Assembly (NCBI GenBank): GCA_012295275.1
Contig: CM022671.1
Coordinates: 28,210,001-28,274,000, forward strand
Reading direction: 5' to 3'
DNA from: Chrysomallon squamiferum
Lineage: Eukaryota > Animalia > Mollusca
Length of the DNA stretch: 64,000 nucleotides
The notes beneath the pieces are model-generated. The model was not told where the DNA came from and made no database searches. It saw only the letters and a program-made list of their open reading frames with translations. Shown here piece by piece: positions 11,375 to 26,104 of this stretch; within the stretch, counting starts at the first letter, position 1, and every line of letters starts with the position of its first letter. The position numbers and the translations under genes were made by a program.

Positions 11375-13428
11375 TTGACACTTGGAGAAAATCTCAATGG
11401 AGATTGTGACATAAAAAGTTTTCAAACTGCCCTTAAGCTCTTAAGTCTGAAATATCATCAAGGATTATAAATGTATTCATACAAATCAGGTACCAAACTA
11501 ATTTTGTTAATCAAATCGACCGATAAGCGGCTTATGTTTGTCTACTGAAGCAAATATAAAGTGTATTATACGTCGTTGCCCATAGAAAATTAATATATTG
11601 ATAATATTACAATAGGTTATATTCGTAAATAATTTTATCGTCGATCGAGGTATCTTTATTATGTATTGTGCCGCAGCTATTTCTCATGACTTCATCTGAC
11701 CTAAGCTTTTTTTTTATATTTGACAAAAATCAGTATAGTTCTTTCGTAAGTTGGAAGAAAAACAACTGAATTTAATTTTGGAGATAAGATATTGTATGAG
11801 TGAAGCAAAATAGTTTGGGTTGTTCGATTCCAGCAACATCAGTGGCGTTAAACGTAGCTATATTTCCTATATTGTCGACTAAACCTAATAAGCTACGCAA
11901 ACAAAAAAGCCATTGGTATGAGACTGTGATAATGTATGAGATGGCACTGTTTTGAACTATGTGAAATATGTTTTCTACCATGTGTTATACATAGTATTCA
12001 AATCAGTATTGATGACCTTTTTTTATACTAAATGTAAAAATACATATACAGATATACATACACATATAAACGTTTAAAAATGAAGTAAATTCGTCTATCT
12101 CCATGAATCATAAACAAAACACTAAATATGAAATGGAAAATGTCACATTTTGTCAGATGAAAAACATAAAATTATTATGTCTCTCTTAAATTCTATAACC
12201 ATATATCTAACGCTAAATATCTGCGGGTTTTGGGTGTGTTTTTTTTTATTATTATTATTCTTTTTTTTATTATATTAAGGCTGCTTGAAATATTATTTCG
12301 AAATTCCACATGATATCGAAGTAAAATACATTTATGAAGTGAAGCGGTTTTGACACAACAAAGTCGGTTGCTATAACACTAACAGTAAAAGTGAACAAAT
12401 GACCCAGTGTGAGTGACAAACCCTGACATCGACCAGTTCGACTGAAGAACTCTTAATTAATTCTTGTGACCCACATTATTAATGTTTTTACAATAAAGTC
12501 AACAAAAGCCAATCGGACATCAAATGAATCGAAGCGATTTCTCCTTTGATAACATATCGAATATCCTAAGAGCTTAAAGGTTTTGTCTTCGGTCGATTCC
12601 GTGTTCAGTTTAAGTAGACCTATCTGATGAAAAGAGATTTTCTACTTTGTAGGTTGGAGATAAGATAAATGGCTGTATTACATTGTGAATTCGTACTGTA
12701 GTATTATTAATATATAAGTAGACCTCAAAACATAGTTTGTATTATTGTAAACTATAAGGAAATGAGAAATATTTGTTGATATGTTACTAGATAGTGTTGA
12801 AGGGTAATTTGTATAGAATGCACAGTTGTTTTGTTAAAATTATTCTGAACAACGCCAGATACTAGTCCTGTCAATTTTAAATTCAAATTAAAATGTCAGG
12901 TGACACGTGATCATTCACAAATTTTTCTGAAGTTTTTTGTGGGGTTTTTTGAATTCATAATGAATCTCATTATATCATGAAAGTTATATTCTTCACAAAT
13001 TACTCCATTTATTGAAATACTATCTCCTTCCCAGTTTAGCTATGTCTATTACAAGCTAACAAAAAAATATTATGTGAATATGGACATTTTTCTTTTCATT
13101 TTAACGCAGGAGAGATATAATTTTAGAAAACAATATTGAGGGTTACAAACAAACTAACAAAATAAAATAAAATAAAGTATTTGACATAAGCGTTGTGTAT
13201 CAAAAATTAAAAAATAAGCACACGATAAATGCATCAAAAAGAAGATATTTCCTTAAGTTTCATTTGCGTTCATATAATGTTTACGTCTCGTAGACCTACC
13301 TTCATTGTGGTCGGAGGTATTTCACCGCTGCATTCAGTTTCCATTCGTTCCATGATTTCCAGACTTTGGGTTTTGGAGGCTGTGTCTGGCTCACACATTT
13401 CTTTCTCGTTATCCATCTGTATATCCAT
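5357..13428 (-). CDS. Uncharacterised protein: acidic N-terminus, about 2-3 ankyrin-like repeats, long Ser/Lys/Arg-rich tail; exon 2 has a frame break
   Basis: Exons 13428-13300 (MDIQMDNEKE..PPTTMK), 8502-8283 (or 8502-8407), 7482-7396 (AAYNAVKAGDIDLLEDILDKPNSDINMTL), 7062-6958 (YNENLLMTAIRADQQEMAEFLLDNGVDHN..) and 6598-5357 (joins the 394-aa ORF). All junctions are GT-AG, phase 0. The ankyrin call rests on the AV..GD.D....L and L..AI......A.FLLDNG.D.N patterns. Confidence 0.75.
10398..10545. mobile_element. Degenerate non-autonomous DNA transposon remnant (CAGTCAAA.. terminus, Tc1/mariner-like MITE)
   Basis: Starts cagtcaaatctgtc..aaggccacc and ends ggtcccttgagtggccgctatagtcag. The ends are loosely complementary and resemble common invertebrate MITEs, but are heavily decayed. 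Confidence 0.35.
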
Positions 13429-13600
13429 TAGTTTATGGTCGAGTCCGGTTTAACAGCGAGGATGAATATAACTATTCCACTTCTTCATAATTACCGCAAC
13501 ACAATTAATGTGATGGGCTGGGCATCTTCACCACCTTAGTTCAAGATAGACATCATTCAGTTTCTGCAAAGTTGTATAAATGTATAGGGAATTACTGTTA

Positions 13601-13717
13601 TTGTCTTAAGATATCAGCTTTATCACGCAAAGGCAAGATTACCGACTTGCAGCGAGACTCTGTGGAACTGCTTTCGACATTCGAACTGAACAAGATAAAA
13701 CTGATATCTTAGGACAA
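13601..13717. repeat. 24-bp imperfect inverted repeat, probably a transposon-derived hairpin
   Basis: ttgtcttaagatatcagctttatc (13601-13624) pairs with gataaaactgatatcttaggacaa (13694-13717), with 2 mismatches. Confidence 0.6.
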
Positions 13718-15760
13718 GTAGTCAGTTATTTCTTTTATCCTAAATAACAGAAAGATTAAATTAAATTAGCTGTTTCATTTCTCATCTCATCGCTGTTGAC
13801 AGTTTTTGATTCATTCGTAGACTGCGTTGTCGCCTATAAAGACCATATATCTAAATATAAATAAAAACCATTTATTTGTTATTTTTAAAAATGAAAACCG
13901 TTTTGAAACAAATGGCCTTTTAAGATCTAAACCAGCAGTTAAACACTAAAGAATTTACTCTCTCTATATATAGCAGTTTACTGAAGTAAATATAGTTCCG
14001 TCATAAAAAAAAAGTATATTTTTGGTCAGTGCCCGAAGATTGATCTAATCGTCATATTTTGCGAGTACCTATACTGATTGCAGGATAATGACATATCTAG
14101 TCACACATGCACATACACATATACATATAACATATCTACACAATATAAATACACACATACTATTTAATATCTAATCTAAAAGTCGCAGCATTAACTTGAA
14201 ATATACTTGTAAAAATATTTTTTAAAGAATGTCTTAAATGCACTAATATTACATACCACGTCTACAGACAAATAATTATAATTATTTAAAAATTTCATCT
14301 GAATCTGTATATAAATTAAAACTTTGAAAATAAAGATTGTAGATACCTCTGATCGAACTGGATAAACATCCATATATAAATTTCACACTGCAAATAAGAC
14401 ACAGTATTTAGTATTCTCCGGTCTAACACTATTCATGATACACTATTATAATACCACGAGAAGTCAATCACCACAAGCGACATAAACACAGATTTAAATA
14501 CGGCTCCCATTCAGACAGGAAAGCCTATCCAGATACAGCCGCCCGCAGTTCAGTGCACCGCAGTATAAAAACAGCGTTCGAACGCGTCCAAACACATTTA
14601 CTCTGCCTCGTTCACTGTTGTTATCTTCCGCAGACGTAATGACGTTTTAAGTGTGATCGGCGTCTCCTTATTTCAGTGCATGGCAATAAATAAAATTAAA
14701 AAAAAAAAAATGTATTTGAAAGAAAATGTAAAAAATATATATATATAGGGCCTATATATATATATATATAATAAAAAATAAATGGCAGTTATGAATAACA
14801 ATTATGACGATTAATGTTGTCATAATGCAGAGATTATCTTGGCAAGCAATAACAATTAAATAAGAGAAACTCTGTTATTATTATTATTATTTAATAGTAT
14901 TAATAGTATTATTATTGATTTATTATTATTACATAATTTTAATACAGAAAATTATATTTGAAAATAAATTAAAAGGTCCCTCCTTTGATATGCATATATA
15001 TTTTTTCTTCTTTTTTTTTTACTTTCATCCTACCTCTTTGATTTTCTTGCCAGAATTAAAGATTTTAATTACAGTTTATTTCCAACTTAAAGTAATTTTA
15101 CTACAGATTAACAGAATGATTTTTGGTGTCGTTTTTTTTTTTTTTTTTGCAATAGAAATAAACATATTCGTATTAAAAATCTGTATATATTTACAATCTG
15201 AATACCGTACCTTCATTTTTTGTCAAGTCATGCCAGTAGATATCTCGTGTGTTTCAGTCATTGTTTCATAATTGATATCGTTCGGCGATACACCTGTTAG
15301 AATAATCGTCTGCGTCTGTTTCGTGCCCTGTAGCAGAAATCTCCCTTCTGAGTGCAGTCGTCTGCTACTCGGGCGCGATACGGACACATGCACAAGTCAA
15401 CAGCTTCACGCTGAAAATGACTCAAAATTGATATTGATATCGGTTTTCTTTCAGCGAGATGATTTCTCTTATTGGAATCTAATATTTGAATCCGTTGTTG
15501 TCATAGCTCCAAATGCCTTAACAAAAAACAACAACAAAAAAAATCATTCTTATTTCATTGCAATTGCAGTCACGATCGAAGATAGATGTATTGTATTAAT
15601 TTGCATTTTCTATAGTGCTTAAAGGGCATAAATAACCCGTTAAAACTCACGTTACACTGCTTTCTGTGAAAATTATCGTTAGGCAATAATGCAGCTTAAA
15701 GTCGATATATCACAAATGAATGGCCTACTCCAATGACTGACTGAAAAAAACTGAAATGTT

Positions 15761-15800
<40 letters not shown>

Positions 15801-18261
15801 ACAACAACCAAGAAAAACCCAAACAAAACAACAACAGCGCCATATATTACCGCTAGTTGGGGGAACCAAAAAGAAAGAAAAGAAAAGAAAAAGAAACGTA
15901 TAATATAAAATGTCGTAATAAATATGTCAGAACCGGAAAGCTGAACAGAAACGAAATGTAGATCTTGCTTAAAGCACAGTATTGATAATCACGGCCAAAC
16001 AAAATGCCATAAATGATTATTATTTTTTTATTTTTTTTTTTTTTATAAAATTTGTAAAGAAAATATTTTTGACTCTACAAAGAGATGAACATACAGAGAT
16101 GGATAAAAAAATGTTTTACAAAATTCATTTCATTGGTTTGAGGTAGGTGAATTCTCTTCAATTGGAACTGTAAGCTATTTCCCATTTTCCGCTCCATGTT
16201 ATGTATTTCACTATATCTAAGCACTTTCGATATTTCAAAGAAACCTGCGAAATTTTCGGATCAGCTGCAGTTTTCTTTCCTTTTTTTTTTTCTTTTCTTT
16301 TTTCTTTTTAATTGCTTCGAAAGGCATTTCAAACTTTGGGGTTTGTGTTGGTCTAGGTCATATTTGTGTGCTTTCCAACAACAAAACGGATCATTCGAAA
16401 CTTTTGTCAGTTGCTTTCACATTATTTATTCACATACTAAAGATTTCTATGTCCTGTAAAAACCTCTCATTCATTATTCAACTTTCGGTCTAAGCACAGT
16501 TAAGTGGCATGTACATATTTGCCTGGAGCAACTGTAAATGAAAACGAAAAGCGTTATTCCATAATGGTTTTACACAATGTATTTACGTATACTTAATGTG
16601 CACAAGCTGTTAGTAATAATATCGTATTTAAATAAGAATGAGGTAAGGGAAAAGTTCAGTTTTGAAATTAAATTAACTTTGAAAAGCACAGAAGATATCA
16701 AGTATTTAATAACAATGACACTAATATAGATCTGGAGCGGTAACAACCAAAATCAAATTGGATTCGTTCTTTCCTCCCTTTTTTTTTTTTTTTTTTTTTT
16801 TTAATATTTCTGTAGTTCTATTAAACTATACAGTAATTAATAAGATTTGTAATAAGGATCATTAATAAATCATTGAATAAAACAGGTACTGTGATAAAGC
16901 AACTGAGTAGGAAAAGATGTATTAATGACTGTAACAGATAGTAAAATTTCGAAAAAATAAAATAGGAATTTCTGGATTTTGTTTGTTGTTTTTTTCCCCG
17001 TACTTTTCATTATTTTTATTATTAATGTTGTTGTTGCTTTCGTTGTTGTTATTTTATTTCTTTCGTTTTTTTTTTGTTTTTTTGTTTTTTTTCGGAGGAA
17101 AGAAGAAAAGAAGAAAAAAGGCTATCTAAAGTATTATGTGCCAAGTGACAAGTGCTACTGTGAGCTTAATAACAGAGAAAATAAGGCTTTCAGTCCACAC
17201 GAAACAAATATTTATGTTCCCATGTTTTGTTATCAGCAAACTGTTAATAATGCAGCGCCAGACTGCTAAACACTTCTCATTTAGACACGAATGTGTGTAT
17301 TTCCACAGAAGGGATTAATTCGTGAAATGTATACGTAGATCTTTCTTAAACGTTTTTCAAAACATTTTATTTTTATTAAAAATACTTTCAGTTGTTGGTT
17401 ATTTGAAATTTTATTTTTGTATTTGAATTATGGCAGAAAATCCACCTGTTATGTTTATCGATTAATAGCAAAGGTATTAAAAAAAAAAAAAAGAATTGTA
17501 ATACTTTCCAGTAGACAGAAAGAAACACAGGTCGGCTGGTGCAACACCTGCGTCATTAGTCGAAATGAAATTTTATCTTATCGATGCAGCTAAGGGTTAC
17601 TGATGTTGCGACTTTATCACTTTCAGGCCTTTGAAAAGAGCGGGGGGAAAAAAGAAAAGAAAAAAGGAATGCACTTCCAACTTCAGTACAACTGCATTTA
17701 TCAAGTATCAGGTATCAAACCTGACAAATGTGTCACGTACAACAATAATTTAACTATTTGTATCTTCTACATCAGTGAAAACATGGCATGCGATGTAAAT
17801 TATCTGTGCACTCGTTTTCATTTTTCAATGTCTAAACGGTATTACTTAGAAAAAATAATTTTAAGCGCTAACTAGTTCAAAGTACTTTCATTTGGATTGT
17901 CTAGTCTTAGTTCAAAATTTAGATACATCTGAATAATGACATAATTCTGTAAATATAAATATCGATAAATATACACAGCACACACTGGATATAAAGCAAA
18001 ACATAACACCAACACCTGATCAAACGACGGGTACAGAAATAAACACTGATTGTTTCATCTGGCTGCAATTAACCTTGTCAATTTCAGCTCGAGTGAGTTG
18101 TGAAGGGCGTTTTTATTCAACGTGTTTGCTGGTGCTTGTCAAGTTGACGAAGATAACGTCAACTCAGACTACGACACAGCAAGGACCTCCACCGAAGTGC
18201 GTAACCTCCAGCTTAAATAGCGTTTCTAGTATGCAAGCCGACAAGGACAATTGTTTGCCGA

Positions 18262-18585
18262 CAAGTTGAAATTTTCGTTTAAAATATGTTTACTCTTAAG
18301 TTAAATTTTCGTTTAAAATACGTTTATTCGTAAGATTAAATTTTCGTTTTAAATAAGTTTACTGACAAGTCGAAATTTTCCTTTAAAATATGTTTACTCT
18401 TAACTTAAATTTTCGTTTAAAGTATGTTTAGTCACAAGTTAAGTTTTCGTTCGAAATCTGTTTACTCATGTTAAATTTACGTTTAAGATAGGTTTATTAA
18501 TAAGGTTAAATTTTCGTTTTATACATGTTTACCGGTTAGTTAAATGTTCGTTTAAGGTAGGTTTAAGATAGATTTATTAATAAAG
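18262..18585. repeat. Minisatellite, unit about 34-35 bp, about 9 degenerate copies
   Basis: Consensus close to aagttaaattttcgtttaaaatatgtttactctt, repeated head-to-tail with no unique spacers. Confidence 0.85.
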
Positions 18586-20905
18586 TTAAAAAAAAAAAGA
18601 GAGAAAAAAAAAAAAATACAGTAAAACATCTTCACACAACATGTGCCAGATATTTATTGATCTGCTTATGTACAAGTATACAACAAAACAATGCAGAAGA
18701 ACCGAAGAAGAAATTTAGGATGATCTGTAACAAAGCTAAATACTTCATACCATAGTGCAAAACAATTGATTCAGCTGCCAACACGAAATGTTCAGTGAAA
18801 TGTCATATATTCCTTTTTAATGTTGATTTTTGAAATGTTTTATTTTATATTCTTCCCATTGAAAACGTAAAAAAAAAAAAAAAAATCATAAGAGACGGTA
18901 TTTATTTTACCGTGTAGTTCACATAAAAGTACAGCAGTCAATAGTTTGAATTTTGTTAATTATAATACATCATAGTAATAACGTAAACATACATAAACAG
19001 GCACATACTATAATAAACAAGTATGTAGAAAAAGATGACAAAAAAAAAAAAAAAAGAAATGATTTATGCATTTACATTCATCTAATGCTGCAAAATATAA
19101 ATGCAATATTAACACAAACTGTAAGGAAGTAGAAATAAATGAAAAAAAAAAAAAAAAAAAAAATCTTGTTAGATTACAGCATTATTAACTGTTCTTTGCA
19201 TAAGCTGTAGTAAAAGATGAGTAATTAATTTTAAATAAAATTATTAATATTCAGTAGAAATTAATTATGCAGATTAAAAAATATCCCTCTGATGACATTA
19301 AAGACATCATACTTTGTATTAAAATGAACAGCATCGGTTCAATATAACCAGGCCTTGTGACAAAGAGAGATAATCTTTGAATTTAAATGAATATCAGGTT
19401 ATTTTCCCTTTTTGCATAAGCTTTCTTTTTTCTTTTTCTTTTTTTTTAAAGAAAGAAAAGTTAAATTGATTACATTTGTTTTGGGGCATTTTGATATAAA
19501 TCAAATTATATTTCAATTTGAAAATATTTTTATCTCTTTTTTTTTTTTTTTGACTCTTGTGACCTCTGAAATAATAGTAATTAAATTTAAAATAAATAAA
19601 AAAAAGTATATGAAGATATGTTAATTAATTTATTTTCAGACAAATCAGAATGCTGAAATCTGATGTCAACTAAACCGAATCTCATCAAAGAGCAGCAAAA
19701 CAAAGTAAAACCAACACATATAAACCATTATCTATCTATATATATATCAAACATTTAGTTAATTTCTGTATCTTAACAAATTCTTGGCAGTTTCAACTCA
19801 GTGAAGATCAAAGTTTAAATGACATGAATGGAATAAAATGCAAGCTAACATTTTAAATACAGTTTGTAAAAATGTATCACTGTATATATTTATTTCCTTT
19901 GCATACTCTGCACTGACAAAATGTTAATAATAATAATGACATGTTGTAATTCTATGCACAAACTAATAAGATAAACAAAAATACTTATTATAAATTATTT
20001 TCTTTCCTTCTATATATATATATAAAAATTATATAAATAAATATATATAAATACTCAAGTTAAAAATAAACCAATAGTATGAACCCAGCATCACTCAGTA
20101 TCTCACTATTACTTGGTGACAGTATTATGAAAATAATGCATCTTATAGTTAAAAAAACACCTTTGCACCTGCTGGTGACAAAATTAAAGCCCATTCTAGT
20201 ATACATCACTGAAGTATGTACACAAAATACAGAAGACCCTGCAATGGTAATGGGAAGAATATAAACTGCATCTGTGTTAAATAAAAGGTCAAAATACAGA
20301 TGAGCCTGCATCACTTATGGTAAAGGAATATTAGCAATACAAAAGGAGATGAGAGATGACTAGATGAAATGAATAAGACCAACAAAATCATCTCAGGAGT
20401 TATTACATTTCAACAAAACTATACATCTATTAAATAGAAAAAGCAATTAATAAATTTACTATGTATATATTTTTATATGTAAACTCTTTTCATATTGATA
20501 CTGAATAAAAAAGTACTGAATGTTTCAAAAGCAAAATCCAGAATTATAAATAACAATTTTAAAATATATTTTCAGCACATCTAATAAGAATTAAAAAACA
20601 CTAAAATCTGATTTTGGAACTATAATAATTTTAATGAAAATTATTAAACGGAAACTCAAAAGATTTAATGGTCAATCAAGCACAGTGTAAATGTTCCTAA
20701 TAGTAATGTGTAGTGTGTTGAAAGATCGTAAATAATAATAATAAAAAATATACATGTAAGCTCTTATTAATAAACAGGCTATCATAATAAACAGTCAATA
20801 AAAACAACTCAATACTAAAAAGGTTGATATTAGGTTTGTATGAAATAAATAAGTGAAATAAATAATTCATGTGCCTGTACACACACACACACACACACAC
20901 AAACA

Positions 20906-21034
20906 AATAAAATAAAATAAAATAAAAATAAAATAAAAATAAAATAAAATAAAATAAAATAAAATAAAATAAAATAAAATAAAATAAAATAAAATAAAAT
21001 AAAATAAAATAAAATAAAATAAAATAAAATAAAA
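20906..21034. repeat. (AAAAT)n microsatellite preceded by (CA)n
   Basis: Seen directly. It explains the FILFY-repeat ORFs in the track. Confidence 0.95.
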
Positions 21035-24000
21035 TATAATAAAAACAAAAACAAAAACTAAGGCTGAAATATTGGAGCAAACCAACAAATATTCAGCACT
21101 TTGGTTTTGCAAATAATTTAAATATTTAAATGACTTTCATGTATAACAGTTAGATGTGTGTAACTGTGTATAAAAACTGTATTTCTGAAAATATTGACTT
21201 TAAATAAATCAGCATGAATTAATAACGACACATTTTATTAATTTGTCTTTGTTACAGGGTTTATTTCCTTTATTTATCATATTATTATTACTATTATTAT
21301 TATTATTAAATTAAAACTTTAATTTATTATTTCCACATTTATAACATATATATGATTTTCAGATAAAAAAAAATTTCAAACTACTGATCTTTGTTTGGAT
21401 TTAAAAAACAAAAGAGGTTTCATACAGTCATTCTAGTCCAAACTACAATGACATTCTGCACTAAACATCAAGTATTATAAACAATCCACAGTTCTAAAAA
21501 ATTGTTTAACATTCTATTATATATTAAAATATTCAAAACTAGTAACGATTTTTATCAAACAGTTCAACAGAACAGAAATTTCAAAATTCAAAACCAAGAC
21601 AAATGTCGAAAATACTTTGTTTTCTTTAATAATTTACTGGAAAAATAAAATGTCATAAACAAAATTAAATTATATAAGTAAAATAAAATAAAATAGTAAT
21701 GTAAAAAAAAGAAACTGATTACATCTAAAATGTTAGAATACTATATGAAGACATAAAATTTAATATAATTTTAAAATAGATTTTCAAGAATTAAATTCTA
21801 TAAAGAATTATAATAATTACTATCTAATGAAATAAATGAACTCGAATGAACTCAAAGTTAAAAATATCTTTTTTGATTCATACTGTAGTGTATGGTATCT
21901 AATTTTCTGACGTAACAGTTATCATCTATAGACAGGCTATGAATTTAAAACTTTTATATGCAAAAGGCCAGGCATATAAAAGACACAGATCAAAACAAAC
22001 AACTAATGGTTGGACGGACATACAATATAACATATATATTTATATTATAAAAGGGTTTCTCCAACATTTATGTGAATATTGTTAATATTGCTATGTACAT
22101 GTACAGACAATCTAAATGTACAATGATTAAAACTTTTAAATTCAGGTTCTAAAGCCTGAAATGTTTTCTTAACAGAATTTTCATAATGAAAATGCAGAAC
22201 CTGTTTTTTTTTTTATATTAGAAACAAACAACTGTAAATCTAGCATACAGTCTATAACTAATAGTTTAATAAAATGGTTAACTACATATATTTATGTGTA
22301 TAGTAATTTAAAAAAAAAGAAAGAAAACCTATGGCTTAAGATTAAATTTTAACACACAAACAGTTAAACAAATCAGTTTTTCAAGTGAATGAAATGAATG
22401 AAAATTACATATAGAAAAACAATAATAAAAAAGAAAGAAAAAGTCTTAAAAATAATACTTATTATGATATACTTGTTATGTACAAAATTATAATATTAAA
22501 AGAAGAAATGGCAAATACAGAAATGTGATAATGTGAATGATGAACATTAAACAAACTCTTAGAATTTCATTAGATGGCAGTATAAATAACAAATAATAAT
22601 AAAAAAAAACACAAAAAAAAACCAACAAACAAAATTAACCAGAAATAATTGCTCTATTCACATGTAGTTAAAATGCCATCAAAAAAATATGTAAAACCAT
22701 TACAGAAAAAAATGTAAAAACATTTGACAGATATATTACTTTATAACAAACTGGACTCAAGATTCATTTAAAAGAAAAAGGATGTAATAACTAACTACAC
22801 CTGAAAAAACTCATCTTAAATATATATATACTTCATATGTTTATTTACATCTGATTTGCATAAACAATAAAACATATATCTTTACTGATCTACTTTTAAC
22901 AAATGCTTTACTCAGGGTGTCATGCACATGTTGATTAGAAAAAGAGCTAACTATAAATCGTTATGTTTTTTTAATGTATGTCACTATTTATAATAATATT
23001 TGTCTAATTAATGCAAAATTCTTTTCTAACAAATCTTCTCTGCAAGCTGTAGTGATAAGGACAGTGTTAAACAGTGTGAGGAAGAGGAAAACAGAGTATA
23101 AACATATCCAGTTTTTTTAAATGTTAAAATCAAAACATACCAACACCGCATTATTAAGGATCTTTAAAAAAATGTTACATTAATATAGTGTTACAAACTC
23201 ACGATTAAAGCATAATGGAACTTTACCCAAATAATAGTTCAAACAGTCAATTAAAAATGTATAATAATAATAATGATGCGATTAATTTAAAAAATAAAAA
23301 ATAAAATTTATAATTACTTATAATATTTTCAATCAATATACGTAAATTATAAATAATAGCTGGGGATAATCAAGCCAGTTTTGTCATATGCAAATTACTC
23401 GGATGATCTAAAAAATTGGCAGTCCAATGCATAATGGATTAAAATGATTTATGCACCAAATAATTTATGAACTGTGAATAATGTGCATCTAACTGTCAAA
23501 CTGAAAGTCAGGGTATTAAAAACAGTGTTGAATAACATGGATGATTTCAATGACTGTATCACAGCTCAGCGAACAACATAATCACACAGTAGGAGGGGAA
23601 CTAGAAACATTATTTATAAATACACCGACAATCAGTGTTAATTATGTGAAAATGTTTCATGTTTTAATTTTAATGTTGTACTTGATCAATGCAAAATGAG
23701 AGAAAAAACCCTATTAATTATAATCCTATGTCTGGATTTTTATGCAACTGTATTTAGACTTCCTCATGGGGGATAAGGGAGTGTGTGTGTTTTGTGTGTG
23801 ATGGAGAATGGGAAAAAGGAATCAACAAAATATTTAATAAATTATGGCAATTATGACACAATGAAATTGGTCCAGGTAAATTATATTTTCTTGCTTATAT
23901 GAATTTGAAAAAGAATTATACTGTTAATTTTTACTGTTTTAGAAATTTCGTTTTTAATTAAATGTTCACTTATTAAAATATTTGATGATACTGTAAATAC

Positions 24001-24588
24001 AGATAAAACTATTTAAATAATCAGTATTTGTATTTTTAATCATTTAAGGCTTAAAAATTTGCCATTAAATTCAGATTATTTGAGACAGTTTGTATACCAT
24101 TTTGTAATAATTATATGCAGCAATAACAATATATATTAAATATCTTTCTTCAGGATATTAGAAACTGGATAAAAATATGAATATTCAATGTATTGTATTT
24201 CACCTTATATAATAATCATTTCAAATTATATGTTTATAATAACATTACTTATTAGCATTGACTGTACCTCTTTCAGCACACACAACTTTTCAAAGTCTTG
24301 TGTTGCTAGTTTTCTATCATAGTGACAATATCAACAATCAGCTATATATAAAATCTGAGAATCAAGTGATATTGTAATCCTGTGTGACCAGGTTTTGTAG
24401 CAAATAATTTAATCATTTTAATCTGAAATTTACAAATTATAAATAATATATATCATAAATATTAAAATCTGAACAAATTACAAACTGGACAAGATTAGTC
24501 AAAGAAGTCAAAGATGTGGTAACACATAATGTGATACACATTAGAGGTAACATAAATAAAATCTAATGTGTATATATATATTAACATG

Positions 24589-26070
24589 CTAACTAGGTTC
24601 ACTTGCATCAGGAATATCAACCACTGGTGTTATCTCCACCTTTAGTTTGTCTGTGGTAACATCTTTGTTTTCAACAACAGCTTTGGAAACCGTTTCCTCT
24701 TCGCCTTTCTTTGTACTGTTCTCATCACTGGTTTCTTGTTTGGGGCTGGCACTGTTGTTATTGTTTGTGTTTTCGCTGTCCAAGTCTTTGTCATTCAGTT
24801 CCGGATAGTACTGCTTCAGTCGAACATGCCAGGCTATGCTGGAAACAGCCGACACAGTCTTAAACTGGTGGATGATGTTACGTGGAATGAAGTAGATGTC
24901 ATTATGTCTCAGTGAGATCTTTGCATAGCGGATGCCCTCCCTTGCCAGCTGGTTCAGTTTAGCATCTTCCACCCATGTAACGCACTGCAAGCAAGTTATA
25001 TTATCATACTATTAGTGTTATCAACATATACACATACACATGCACTCTTGCAGAGGGTGGCTCATTATATGTATGATTGCAAAATTCCCACTGAAATGCT
25101 CTTCTTTCTTTAATTATATTTATATCAATGAAGCATGTTTCCAAATTAGTTTGATTTCTGAAAGCAACAGATACAAATCTGACCAGCTGTATTCATTTCT
25201 CACAATGTCAATATGCAGTGACTTTGAAGCTATCTATAAATTCTTTTAATACAACAAAAAAATAAAAAAATAAAAATATTTTTTATATAAAATTAAGAAT
25301 AATACAGAGTGAAGACTAACCTTTACTATATGTATGCTTGAAAATCATATATAGTGTGTGTTGCAATGTTTGAGTGGGTATGTTATGAAACATTCACTAC
25401 AGTTATAATGCATACCTGCGATACTGGAGGCTCATGAAGGTCAAGCTGAAGTTTATGAGCAAGATTCTGAAAGTCACCAGCATGAAAGCAAACTACTTCT
25501 TTCACAATTCTGTTCTGTCCTGGTCTGAAATGATGTAAATATTGATATTTGTTAGCTTAATACATATTCCAAATTCACCTAATTTTGGTTTCTGTAGTTA
25601 AGATATTTTCAAAATTCAGATACTTCTTTCTTTCATCAAATCTGAGCATATATATTATTAAATTATTCAGATGTTAATAAACAAAATGTAATTTTACAGT
25701 TATGTAATTTATAAACATGTGCATTCTCAACTATTCTAAATATTTTTTCTGAAACTAATAGTTATGGTACGTGTCATGGCTGCTATGAATACCAAATGTT
25801 TCTAACCAATAATGGCAAGTTTAATATTCATCAACATTTAATCCACTCATATACCATGAATAACAATAAAATTAAAAAATATAAATGACAGATTTTATGA
25901 ATATGGTTTATATATCCATGACATTAGCATGTAATTGTGAAGTACAAAACAGAGCATAATAGAATGCTTATGTACTGAATAAGGTATTCAGATGCATTTT
26001 ATAGCTATCAGTATTTGCACAAAAATAATTATTTAAATGCATGACATCACATAAACATTATATCAGGATC

Positions 26071-26104
<34 letters not shown>

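Noticed and set aside
5183-11470. Poly-Leu, poly-Ile and poly-Ser ORFs (5183, 7847, 7927, 7932, 9947, 11264)
   Set aside because: These are translations of (CTT)n, (ATT)n and (AGT)n microsatellites. The same applies to 20697-21112 and the low-complexity ORFs in 49147-50072.
4907-11532. Shared 14-mer accgataagcggct at about 4907 and 11519
   Set aside because: The similarity does not extend. It is likely a repeat fragment or chance.
18262-18585. CRISPR-like periodicity of about 35 bp
   Set aside because: The units are contiguous and degenerate with no unique spacers and no cas genes, in a eukaryotic context. It is a minisatellite.
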